From a virus (Duplodnaviria; Caudoviricetes), in IMG/VR virus record IMGVR_UViG_2706795958_000001, positions 1 through 64,000 of that record: 64,000 bases of DNA; one strand, 5' to 3'. The position numbers and the translations under genes were made by a program. The notes under the pieces are model-generated. The model was given only the letters and a program-made list of their open reading frames with translations, had not been told where the DNA came from and searched no databases. Of this stretch, positions 1 through 8,746 are shown one piece after another. Each line of letters opens with the position of its first letter. Position 1 is the first letter of the stretch.

Positions 1-4
1 ACTC

Positions 5-149
5 GAATTTCTCGCATTTACTTTTGTTTTGAATTCGCGCGAAATTCGATCAGCATTCCGTGAATTCTTGCCGAATTCATGGGAATGGTGGGTAATGGCA
101 TTTCTCGAATTCCATAAATGATACCGGGATATCGAATTCTGGCCCATTT
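5..149. repeat. Phased GAATTC/GCATTY motif cluster at the window start
   Basis: GAATTC at 31, 62, 73, 107, 134; variants at 5, 14, 41, 53, 98, 144; many gaps of 9-11 bp. Confidence 0.75.
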
Positions 150-255
150 ATCTATTCCGTCGACCATGCTCGATAACGTCGGTTATCGCGCAGGGCATTC
201 GATATGGGATTAATTTTTTGGAAAGGGGAGAGGTCGAAAAGCGGCGCTCTATCCC

Positions 256-359
256 CCTCTGATACCCACCTAATATCCAGCAGGCTAGAGCAGACAGGAG
301 TAAAAAGGTGCCTCTGATACCCATCTGAATACCAGCGAGCCTGAGCAGACAAGCGTAAA
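256..359. repeat. Imperfect 49-bp direct repeat, two copies, 55-bp period
   Basis: 256-304 vs 311-359; both start CCTCTGATACCCA and contain GAGCAGACA; 11 mismatches in 49 by hand alignment. Confidence 0.85.
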
Positions 360-439
360 TGCCATGATCAAGCGCTACCGACAGGAGAGAATCAACAGTC
401 CAAATCACAAAAGCCCAGGTCAGAGGCTTGCGCCAGCTC

Positions 440-489
440 CGACCACCTATCGACCTGCACCGATACCACCATCGACCACTATTGAGACC
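440..489. repeat. Iteron-like CGACC motif, about 11-bp period
   Basis: CGACC or variant at 440, 451, 461, 473, 484. Confidence 0.6.
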
Positions 490-490
490 A

Positions 491-667
491 CTATATATAC
501 GCAGGTAGATATATATTTTTAGTAGTTTATATATATATCTTGGTCCCTATTCCTATCCCTCTACCCCTACCTACCTCTCTCCCTGTGTAGGTAGGGGTAT
601 GTAGGGGTATGTATATATAGGGGCGGACCAAGAAACCAAGAAATACCCAAAAACGTACCCTGACCTG
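491..667. other. AT-rich (TA)n patch with nested inverted repeats; putative origin-like region
   Basis: TATATA runs 492-538; 13-bp IR 562-574/587-599; TCTTGGTCC 538-546 with GGACCAAGA 625-633; CAGGTCAG 416-423 with CTGACCTG 660-667. Confidence 0.45.
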
Positions 668-733
668 CGAAGATTATACGATTTTCGACCCGTAATTAAT
701 TCGGCCAAGAATGGAATCCTGGCCGGAGACGCC

Positions 734-770
734 ACGAGACCCCGGCAAAAGTTCTCTGCCGGGGTCTCGT
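734..770 (-). terminator. Hairpin terminator downstream of the leftward primase unit
   Basis: 14-bp perfect stem ACGAGACCCCGGCA/TGCCGGGGTCTCGT with 9-nt loop, 15 bp from the stop at 785. Confidence 0.65.
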
Positions 771-784
771 TTAAGGGCGGGAAT

Positions 785-2779
785 CTAACGCTGGTCTTGT
801 GGGATTATATACATTAATCCGAGTCTGCGTCCTGGTCCGGGGCGATTATCTTGCTTGGAAATAATCATACCTGCCGCCTGAAAATTGCGTAGAATTCTGG
901 TAACCTTCTCCATTGTAACCTCAGGATTCTTTCGGAACCGGCGCATAATATTCTTGATATTCGGACCCTTTTCATGACCGGTAGAGAATGTGCCTTGTTC
1001 TTTGAGAACGAAGTCATAAACCTCGCGCTCAAACAGCGTACTCTCAGAAGTCTTAATTGTTCCTTCCACGAATTCCGAACAGCGCACCGTGTACTCGAAA
1101 AGCTTCTGAGCATCCAGGATGGTCTGGTCAGAAATAATAGTCTCGCGGTTATTGATTGCCAAAAGAAGCGTAAGCTTCTTTAAGAGCAACCGTGAACGGC
1201 CCAAAATATCCGACTCATCTTCTTTGGCTCCGGCCACATTGATGCAGTAATCATCGAACAGCGGGTAATCATACGACGGCAAATCCACCATACCGTTGTT
1301 GCCCACCTTGACTGAGTACGCCCAGTTCGACAGCTTGATGAAATCCGAGTACAGATTGGAAATAATCGGACGCTTACCGCGCGAGGTCTTCTGTTTCGGG
1401 GTGCCGATTACAAAGACCCAGCGGTTAATAAATCCCGAACCAACCTGGTCATTGGAAATCAGTTTGCGGATAGATTTAAACTGAGTGGTGGTATTGACAC
1501 AGGCGAAATACTTATACGCCCTATTGTCTCCACCGCTCTGCGAAAATCCACCAACAGGACGATCAGCCGTGTCATAAAGCTGCTGCAAGATTGACTCTAG
1601 CGCTGAGCCTTTTACCGACGATTTAGCCACGATATGAGAAAACTCTGAGTAGCGCACAATACCGCGTACATTATCTACCTTCTCAATAGTGGGTTTGGCT
1701 GTTGGCGTGGACTTCTGATTAGTTGTGCCCATATTAAGAGCCTGCAAAGGTGCTGTCTTAATATGGTGCTGGAACTGAGCAGTCAAAGCCTCGCCTGAAC
1801 CGGCCCCCTCAATGATCTTGACCCCTCGCTGATCTTTGTCTCCAAATCTAAAAGGGACAGAGTTCTCGATGATGTTATTAAGAAAAGCTTCTGACCGGGA
1901 TTTGCCGCCACCGCTCTTTCCAACAATACATGTGAAGAGGTTTCCATATACATCAACCTCATCAGGAAAGAAGACATCTCTTCCACAGATAGCCCCGATA
2001 AGACAGAGGTAATTCCAGAAGTGATATTCGTCTGGCACTTCCCCGCCGCATAGTGTGGACATATAATTGTATCCAGGTGTAGTGGGGCGGAAAAACTCTT
2101 TCCAATCCAGGGCGATTCCATATTGGGCTACCTTTTCAAGTTCTGCATTGTCGAAGTCGTCGTCTGTATCGTCGTCATCAACCTTGGTCGGATCGGCAGG
2201 TGCAACAATTTGTGCGTGCTGACTGGGATCATAAATCCAGGTGTTTTTATCGCCTACTTGTTTCCAGCCTGACTGCATATCAGGAAACAAGTCCATGCAG
2301 GCGGTCTTGACGATTTCGTGGACTAGATTATCTGGTGTTCCGTTAACCCCATCACTAATGCCAGCATGAACACCAGCCAGGTCGACCATATCGCCACTAA
2401 TATTGCATCCGTAGCACGTGTAGACGTTTTCGCCGACCTTAAGGCAGAGTGAAGGATTACTGTCCCCGTTGCTGTGACCATTGCTATTAAAGCAGTTAGT
2501 AAGGTAATTGCCATTGCCAGAATCCTTCATGTCCTTGGGTGAAAACCACCGCAGGTATGCCTGGGTGATATCGTAGTTTTTGAGCTTGGACTTAGCACCG
2601 TCGTCAATAGTGTCTTCGGTAAACTCCGCCAATTCCAAACCCGACGAAGGCGGGTTAATAGGAACAGGCATAACCGGAGGTTGGGCTTGAACCTGCGCAG
2701 CTTTTTGCTCGGCAAGCTTTGCCTCGATCTTGGCCCTAAGTGCCGGATTAGCGTCAAAAACATTCATAGGTTCAGACAC
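785..2779 (-). CDS. Primase-associated Zn-finger plus P-loop (DUF3987-like) helicase protein
   Basis: N-terminal CHC2-like motif (NCFNSNGH...PSL...YTCYGC); Walker A GKSGGGKS; 664 aa. Confidence 0.7.
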   Translation of the reverse strand: MSEPMNVFDANPALRAKIEAKLAEQKAAQVQAQPPVMPVPINPPSSGLELAEFTEDTIDDGAKSKLKNYDITQAYLRWFSPKDMKDSGNGNYLTNCFNSNGHSNGDSNPSLCLKVGENVYTCYGCNISGDMVDLAGVHAGISDGVNGTPDNLVHEIVKTACMDLFPDMQSGWKQVGDKNTWIYDPSQHAQIVAPADPTKVDDDDTDDDFDNAELEKVAQYGIALDWKEFFRPTTPGYNYMSTLCGGEVPDEYHFWNYLCLIGAICGRDVFFPDEVDVYGNLFTCIVGKSGGGKSRSEAFLNNIIENSVPFRFGDKDQRGVKIIEGAGSGEALTAQFQHHIKTAPLQALNMGTTNQKSTPTAKPTIEKVDNVRGIVRYSEFSHIVAKSSVKGSALESILQQLYDTADRPVGGFSQSGGDNRAYKYFACVNTTTQFKSIRKLISNDQVGSGFINRWVFVIGTPKQKTSRGKRPIISNLYSDFIKLSNWAYSVKVGNNGMVDLPSYDYPLFDDYCINVAGAKEDESDILGRSRLLLKKLTLLLAINNRETIISDQTILDAQKLFEYTVRCSEFVEGTIKTSESTLFEREVYDFVLKEQGTFSTGHEKGPNIKNIMRRFRKNPEVTMEKVTRILRNFQAAGMIISKQDNRPGPGRRLGLMYIIPQDQR

Positions 2780-3094
2780 TTATCCTGCCTTATTCTGCGA
2801 GTAGCGTGTCCACCTAGCGGATACGCAAAACTTGCACTCAGAACGAATCTTCCCGCCGCCCTTTTTATGAAAGCAGGAGATATCGTAAACATTGCGGCAT
2901 GTGGAACACATGCGGTCTTGGCCTACGGGAGCGGTATCAGGCTTCTTTACATATCGCTTATTATCCCGATATGCTTTGACACATTCCTTGCAGTAGCTCT
3001 GCAATCCGTCACTAGATGCTGCACGCTTGTTAAAGCACGAATAACTCTTAGTGGTACCACAGCGCTGGCACTTTTTCATGAACGGAGCAACCAT
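2780..3094 (-). CDS. Cys-repeat Zn-finger protein (two modules)
   Basis: KKCQRCGTTK..F......G....CKEC and CSTCRNVY...F........SECKFC. Confidence 0.7.
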   Translation of the reverse strand: MVAPFMKKCQRCGTTKSYSCFNKRAASSDGLQSYCKECVKAYRDNKRYVKKPDTAPVGQDRMCSTCRNVYDISCFHKKGGGKIRSECKFCVSARWTRYSQNKAG

Positions 3095-3456
3095 CAGTCA
3101 ATCTCCTCAAACTGAGCAGAGTATTCCTGCCAATACTTACGCTGACATTGCTTGCAGAAGTTCCGATAGCCTTTATGACCACGATTTTCCACCGGAAACT
3201 GCGAAATAGGCTTAGTTTCACTACATTTCGAGCATTTTGCAGTCTTTTTGGTGGTTTTTTCCTCTTTTTCGCTCAAAAGATGGGAAATATCACGCTGATT
3301 TAGGTTATAATTGCGGTAATATTCGTGTTCACAGGCTTTACACTGACCTCTATAGCCATCTTTGGAGACTTTTCTGCGGTTAAATGCGGTCAAAGACTTA
3401 GTTTTTCCGCATTTTGAACACGTTTTCGCGCCGATTTCACCCTCGAAATCGCCCAT
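3094..3456 (-). CDS. Cys-repeat Zn-finger protein (two modules), paralog of neighbour
   Basis: KTCSKCGKTKSLTAF...DGYRGQCKAC and KCSKCSETKPISQF...GYRNFCKQC. Confidence 0.7.
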   Translation of the reverse strand: MGDFEGEIGAKTCSKCGKTKSLTAFNRRKVSKDGYRGQCKACEHEYYRNYNLNQRDISHLLSEKEEKTTKKTAKCSKCSETKPISQFPVENRGHKGYRNFCKQCQRKYWQEYSAQFEEID

Positions 3457-3474
3457 TTTGCACCCTATTTCTTG

Positions 3475-3669
3475 TTAATTTTCTGCGATAAGTGTGACTA
3501 GTACAGCCACACTGCCTATAAGAGCCATCCCCCCGATGGTTATTACAGCCCAGAAATCTTTCCTATGACGTTCCCAGAGGAACCTTAACCCCACGTAAAT
3601 GATCACAAAACTTGCAAGAGTGGCAATAATGTGAAACACGATTAGGAAAATAACGAGTTCGGGCCGCAT
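3475..3669 (-). CDS. Small membrane protein
   Basis: 64 aa, two hydrophobic segments. Confidence 0.6.
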   Translation of the reverse strand: MRPELVIFLIVFHIIATLASFVIIYVGLRFLWERHRKDFWAVITIGGMALIGSVAVLVTLIAEN

Positions 3670-3672
3670 GGT

Positions 3673-3885
3673 TTACCCTGTCTTAGCTTCTGTTATGGAT
3701 TTCAGTAGCTTCTGAAAGCAGTCAGGGCACCTCGTTATACCCGCTGAGTTTATATCCCACTTCATGTCTTTGAAACGATCAAGCAAATGCTCTTGATGAA
3801 TAAAAGCCCTACTGCCATTGTAGGTGGTGAGGCTAGCACCGCAATCATTGCAGTCGCAGTAGAATACAGTGCCGTAATATATCAC
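3673..3885 (-). CDS. Small Zn-ribbon protein
   Basis: CDCNDC...CPDC; tight operon packing. Confidence 0.6.
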   Translation of the reverse strand: MIYYGTVFYCDCNDCGASLTTYNGSRAFIHQEHLLDRFKDMKWDINSAGITRCPDCFQKLLKSITEAKTG

Positions 3886-4019
3886 TGAATATCCTCACCG
3901 GTAAGGGCCTTATATTCAGCCTTAAATTCTTCAAGACTCATGCCATAAATAACTCGGCACTTCTCGTCGGTAAGCTCTCTGAGATTAAGCTCGAATGTCT
4001 CTGGATTAATATCCTTCAC
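3882..4019 (-). CDS. Hypothetical protein, 45 aa (not in ORF track)
   Basis: GTG start, MKDINPETFEL...; 4-bp overlaps with both neighbours. Confidence 0.55.
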   Translation of the reverse strand: MKDINPETFELNLRELTDEKCRVIYGMSLEEFKAEYKALTGEDIQ

Positions 4020-4180
4020 TGTTCTACCTTCTTATCAAATTGACTTGCAACATCATTGGCAACTTTTACTAGATGCTTTGCTTTTTCGTCTACATATTCT
4101 TCTGGTACACCAGTGGACCTAAAGTGTTCACAAAGGCTAGCGTAGAGTAAGTCATCAAAAGAAAGTTTACTAATATTCAT
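4016..4180 (-). CDS. Hypothetical protein, 54 aa (not in ORF track)
   Basis: MNISKLSFDDLLY...; 4-bp overlaps with both neighbours. Confidence 0.55.
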   Translation of the reverse strand: MNISKLSFDDLLYASLCEHFRSTGVPEEYVDEKAKHLVKVANDVASQFDKKVEQ

Positions 4181-4995
4181 ACAATATCCATCCACGGATT
4201 CCCTGATTCCAAGACCTGAGTAGGTTTAGGATGCGGAGCCAGCTCGGTGTGTGCCAGCGTCTGATTAATAACAAAGCATGGGTCTTTAGGAGACTTGAGA
4301 TTAACCCCGAATTCCATCCGCAAGAGATTGCCGTAATGGCCCTCTTTGACTTCATCTTGCTTAGGAAAAAGCTCTAGTTCGAGTCCGGGAAACTCACCAG
4401 TCTTATCGACAAAGAAATTCGATCCCTTACCGGGCATGAAAATACCGGTCTCATCAAGCACCTGATTAGCCAGTAGACGAATCATGGAAGCATCGGCCAA
4501 CCCAGTAAACCCATACACATGAATACCCTTGTGGCCGGAATAGGTCATACACGTTGGCACGCCCATATCATGTATTGTTTTAGTGAGCACTTCACCCAGG
4601 TATCGGAAACGTTCTTTGAAATAGGGCCGCGAATGCGGGTCACGATTCTTCCAGGCTTGCCTAGGATTAATAGAATATGGACCTTGCTTATTCTCTGCGT
4701 ACCACGCGTCCATGTCGCTAATTTCCTGGACGTCGCTAGGCATAAGAGCCAAATCCGGCTCTACCCAATACATTCCTTCTGTTTGTAGGTCGATATCAAA
4801 ACAGAAGAACTTGGCCTGATTATTCGGTCCTAGCAGGTAGTGTCCATAGGTCGCGTTGCCCTGTAGGTGGTTTTCCACTACACTGCGGGTAATTGGTTCC
4901 TCAACTGGGTTATATGCCCCGTTAGAGCGCTGGATTGCATAGCAATCAGTGCGTGCAATAAAGCGAGACGCAATGAGATTTGTAAGCTCTTTCAT
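4177..4995 (-). CDS. Archaeo-eukaryotic primase (TOTE-type AEP domain)
   Basis: FIARTDCYAIQ, HLQG..TYGHY, FCFDID (DxD) and YSGHKGIHVY motifs; start moved to ATG 4995 behind an AGGAG RBS. Confidence 0.75.
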   Translation of the reverse strand: MKELTNLIASRFIARTDCYAIQRSNGAYNPVEEPITRSVVENHLQGNATYGHYLLGPNNQAKFFCFDIDLQTEGMYWVEPDLALMPSDVQEISDMDAWYAENKQGPYSINPRQAWKNRDPHSRPYFKERFRYLGEVLTKTIHDMGVPTCMTYSGHKGIHVYGFTGLADASMIRLLANQVLDETGIFMPGKGSNFFVDKTGEFPGLELELFPKQDEVKEGHYGNLLRMEFGVNLKSPKDPCFVINQTLAHTELAPHPKPTQVLESGNPWMDIV

Positions 4996-5067
4996 TAAAA
5001 CTCCTGTCGGCGTTGCTACCTGCGCCACCCTACTCTGCAAGGCTTGTTTATACAAGGAGACGCGACC

Positions 5068-6495
5068 GTGACCCACTTCCCCGGCGACGACTACCAGACC
5101 TACGTCTCCCAGGCGCTCACGTACCACCGCAAGCGTCGCCCTAGTAGGGCAATTATAGGGGGGATCAAGAACTTTATTGACTTCCGAGACTTCACCCCGA
5201 ATTATCTGAATAAAACGATCAAGGGTTGGGAAGAATACGTCTATATAGACACCAAAAACAAGACTGCCAAGATCACTTATGCTGATCCGCTATCAACTCA
5301 GCAAGCCGGATACTGGAATATTACCGAGGGAACTCTTGAAGGTTTCCTAGAGCTTGTGGATAAATACGACAAGATTTTTGTTCACATTGATGTTCAGTCT
5401 AGGACGTTTATCAACCTGTGGCATAATACGTATGCCAAGAAAGTCCGCTGGCTCTACGAAGCGCAGGAAAAGATGCGCGACACGCTTTCTATCATTCCGT
5501 TCGGTACATTCGATTACGAGATGTATTACTGCATGGGATTCGCTGGTGGTGGTCGCTCTGCTGGAATGTTCTATGAGCGCGAGATTATGTTCCCTGATGG
5601 TCGAACTTATGAGCCCAATAGTGGCGGATCGAATTGGGGAGTGTGGCAGAAATATAGGGACAGATATCCCGGTATTTCCAATCTAGCACTGAGCTTTAAG
5701 ATGTTAAAAATTACTCCTGCGCTCAATAAAGAGTATTACGACAGGATTGGTAAAATTCCGCTTACTCCCTATGTTACGGCATCAATGCTGGATCATGGTG
5801 ACGTAAGTAGTATGTTTTTCTGTCACAACTTCCGGGATACCGGAAAGAAAAACCCTCGCGCGCAGAAGTCTGTGTTTACCGGTGCGGGAAAAAATCGCGC
5901 CCGTCCTGATCAGCATCGGTTCATTACCGGCGATGCTGTTATCTGTGATAAATGTACACTTAATTATAGCTGCAAGCTTTATAGAGAAGGCGGTCTCTGC
6001 ATCGTGGATGGAAGCGAAGGCTCCGAACTTATCAAGAAGTTCAAGTCAGATAAAGCTAAGGATATCGTAGAGGGTATGCAGTACCTTCTTGTTGAAGAGG
6101 TGGTTATTCTTGAAAATGAGCTTGAAAGGCGTAAGCGCCAGATTGCTGATGGTGAAAAGCCAGACCTAACCCCGGCTCAGATTGCCAAGCAGATTAATTC
6201 GGTTATGGCTCATGGTGAAAAGGTTGCCAAGCTTAAAGACCCGAGCCTCACTAAGCCTAAGGTTAATATTAATATGCCTGCAATCCCGGCTGCACCGCAG
6301 CAAGGTCAGGTTATTGAGGGCGAGGTTGATAACCGACCACAGCTTGAAACGATGAATGATCGTGATAAGCAAGCTTTGATTCGACGCATGGAAAGTCTGG
6401 GATACAATCGAGCTAACATTACCCAAGAGACCATGCAAGAATTCCTTATTGCGGAGAAGTCGAATCTACCGCAACTCGGTAAGGCTGTTTTCTAA
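5068..6495 (+). CDS. Large protein upstream of terminase; possible small terminase with an extra N-terminal domain
   Basis: AAGGAG RBS then GTG 5068; stop overlaps terL start; CDKC-x5-C-x8-C motif followed by a helical C-terminal region. Confidence 0.5.
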   Translation: MTHFPGDDYQTYVSQALTYHRKRRPSRAIIGGIKNFIDFRDFTPNYLNKTIKGWEEYVYIDTKNKTAKITYADPLSTQQAGYWNITEGTLEGFLELVDKYDKIFVHIDVQSRTFINLWHNTYAKKVRWLYEAQEKMRDTLSIIPFGTFDYEMYYCMGFAGGGRSAGMFYEREIMFPDGRTYEPNSGGSNWGVWQKYRDRYPGISNLALSFKMLKITPALNKEYYDRIGKIPLTPYVTASMLDHGDVSSMFFCHNFRDTGKKNPRAQKSVFTGAGKNRARPDQHRFITGDAVICDKCTLNYSCKLYREGGLCIVDGSEGSELIKKFKSDKAKDIVEGMQYLLVEEVVILENELERRKRQIADGEKPDLTPAQIAKQINSVMAHGEKVAKLKDPSLTKPKVNINMPAIPAAPQQGQVIEGEVDNRPQLETMNDRDKQALIRRMESLGYNRANITQETMQEFLIAEKSNLPQLGKAVF

Positions 6496-8519
6496 TGCCT
6501 CCCCGTAACAAAAAGGTCGGCGTTCTGAAATCAAACCCCATTCAGGCACCACGACCTAGAATCGCCAACAATAACTGGGGAACCGGTGGCAACAATCCGC
6601 CCCCGGATAATACCGCATGGCTGATCAATAACCCGGAATTCGATGAGAAACCGGCTACTATGGAACAATTTCTGGGGCCGGGTTATCTTGATATGGACCC
6701 GACTCAGAACCCTAATCTGCCTAAGGGTGTGGGAATTCGACCTGGTGTTAAGCAAGCGTTGATAGACATTTTTGGCGATGATATTGATCCCGAGTGTGTC
6801 TCTGTTGCCCGGCGCGCAATGTTTACCGGTGGTATCGGTGTCGGTAAATCAACGCTAGCGGCTGTTGCGTTGAGTTACATGGTGCATTGGGTTTCGTGTC
6901 TACATGATCCGCAGGCATATTTCGAGCTTCTGCCCGATTCGCCTATTGCCTTTATGATTATGTCCACCAAGGCAACTCAGGCACGAGAAGTCCTGTTCGG
7001 TAAAGTCAAAGCTATGGTGGAGAACTCAGTATGGTTCAAAGCCAACGCTCTGCCTAACCAAGGCAAGGGTGAATCGAACATTAAGAATCAGTTGCGATTC
7101 CCGCGTCATATTTGGCTAGTGCCTGGCACATCAGAAGAAACTGCATTCGAGGGTTATGACATTCTCGGTGGAGTGATTGACGAGGGTGATTCCCATAAGC
7201 AAACGGACACAAAGGATTACGCCGAGGCAGGCTGGAACACTATCGAGTCTCGTATTTCGTCTCGATTTACTGATCCTACACGCGGGGATACGCGCGGTCT
7301 TCTGATGGTCATGGGCCAGATGAAGAAACAAGACGGGTTCATGGCCCGCAAAAAGAAAGACCTGGAAAAAGACGACAAGGCCGTTGTCGTCTTTATGAAT
7401 ATCTGGGAGTCTCGCGGCAAGGAGTACTACCGTAATCGTAAGACGGGTAAGATTGAGGTATTCCATTTCGACATTGTTCGTAAGGTCATTGTGCCGCCAC
7501 TTGCGGCGCAAGCCGTGCAGTCACCCAATATCATTGAAATCCCGGTAGCTTACAAAAAGGATTTTGAGAATGATCCGGTTAAAGCTCTCAGAGACCACGC
7601 TGGCATTCCTCCAGCAGTCGAAGATCCGTTTATTACGGCGGTCGACCGTATCGACGACGCACAGAATAAATGGGCCGAGCGATTTGCCGATATCAAGTAT
7701 ACGGTTGATTCCGATACCACTAACCCAGGCTTTCATCCAGATTTCTTCGCAACAGACGCTCTTAAGCGAGCTATACACGTTGACATTGCATACGCGTCTC
7801 ATGGAGATGCAATGGGCATGGCGATGGGGCATGTTTCGGAAATCGTTGATGTTGACGGTGAAATCAAGCCGTACATAGTCATTGACTTTTTGCTACGTAT
7901 GAAACCATCCGGTGGACAGCAGCTAATGCTTAGTGACTTCCGTCAGATTATCTATAACATTCGTGACGACCTAGGATTCAAGGTAGGCGTTGTTACCTAC
8001 GACGGATTCCAGTCGGTTGACTCTGTGCAGATTCTCAAGAAAAAGAAGTTCAATACTGCCGAGCTTTCTATGGACAAAAAGAAGGGTCCGTATGAGGATT
8101 TGCGTCAGGCTATCTATGAACGCCGTATTGAGTTTCCGGCATATCTGACGTATCTGAATAAGGGTGATTTGGAAAAGGTTAATATCGTCAAGAAAGAACT
8201 GATGGAACTTTCTGACGTTGGACTGAAGATTGATCACCCGCCAAATGGATCGAAAGACCTCGCGGATGCGCTGGCCGGAGTTGTGCATGTATTGATGGGT
8301 AACAATTCCTACCGTCGTGGTGCAGCGCGCGGTGATCGCAAGGTACCACTTATGGAAGACGATCAGGATTTGTCACAGATTTCTGTAGCAGAAAAATTGC
8401 CTGATGATGTAGAAAAGCAATTGGCTAAGAAATACGATCCGTTTACTAATGATCTTAGTAATCTAGGTCTGCCCCCCATCGAGCGAGACCCATTTAAGCG
8501 CTTGCGCATGGGCAGCTAG
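6495..8519 (+). CDS. terL: Terminase large subunit
   Basis: Walker A MFTGGIGVGKS, Walker B VIDEGD, RNase H-like HVDIAY...KDLADALAG; precedes portal. Confidence 0.93.
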   Translation: MPPRNKKVGVLKSNPIQAPRPRIANNNWGTGGNNPPPDNTAWLINNPEFDEKPATMEQFLGPGYLDMDPTQNPNLPKGVGIRPGVKQALIDIFGDDIDPECVSVARRAMFTGGIGVGKSTLAAVALSYMVHWVSCLHDPQAYFELLPDSPIAFMIMSTKATQAREVLFGKVKAMVENSVWFKANALPNQGKGESNIKNQLRFPRHIWLVPGTSEETAFEGYDILGGVIDEGDSHKQTDTKDYAEAGWNTIESRISSRFTDPTRGDTRGLLMVMGQMKKQDGFMARKKKDLEKDDKAVVVFMNIWESRGKEYYRNRKTGKIEVFHFDIVRKVIVPPLAAQAVQSPNIIEIPVAYKKDFENDPVKALRDHAGIPPAVEDPFITAVDRIDDAQNKWAERFADIKYTVDSDTTNPGFHPDFFATDALKRAIHVDIAYASHGDAMGMAMGHVSEIVDVDGEIKPYIVIDFLLRMKPSGGQQLMLSDFRQIIYNIRDDLGFKVGVVTYDGFQSVDSVQILKKKKFNTAELSMDKKKGPYEDLRQAIYERRIEFPAYLTYLNKGDLEKVNIVKKELMELSDVGLKIDHPPNGSKDLADALAGVVHVLMGNNSYRRGAARGDRKVPLMEDDQDLSQISVAEKLPDDVEKQLAKKYDPFTNDLSNLGLPPIERDPFKRLRMGS

Positions 8520-8564
8520 GGAGCTAGCATGGACATTGCCCAGCAGTGACGTGCGGGCGCACAC

Positions 8565-8627
8565 AAAACCCCCGGTAGATGAACCTTTTCTCCTGTCAGA
8601 GGCTACGACTCATCTACCGGGGGTTTT
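8565..8627. terminator. 18-bp perfect inverted repeat between terL and portal
   Basis: AAAACCCCCGGTAGATGA 8565-8582 / TCATCTACCGGGGGTTTT 8610-8627, 27-nt loop. Confidence 0.6.
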
Positions 8628-8746
8628 CTATGCTGGTAGCGACCCATATTAATGCTATAGACTGCCATCCAACGACAAAGACGCGACCTGGCTTGGCTTT
8701 TGCAATGCATCGCCATCCCTCGAAGCATTAATAGTTGGGAAATTGC

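Noticed and set aside
148-408. Two short minus-strand ORFs (148-408, 152-352)
   Set aside because: They overlap DNA-level repeats and lack an RBS or protein-like motifs; the region reads as non-coding.
5068-6495. Complete 7-deazaguanine (dpd) DNA-modification pathway
   Set aside because: No folE, queC, queD or queE-like genes are in the window, and the putative TGT-like residues look degenerate.
6495-8519. Intein or intron in terL or other core genes
   Set aside because: Lengths are ordinary and no intein, LAGLIDADG or intron-like insertion was seen.
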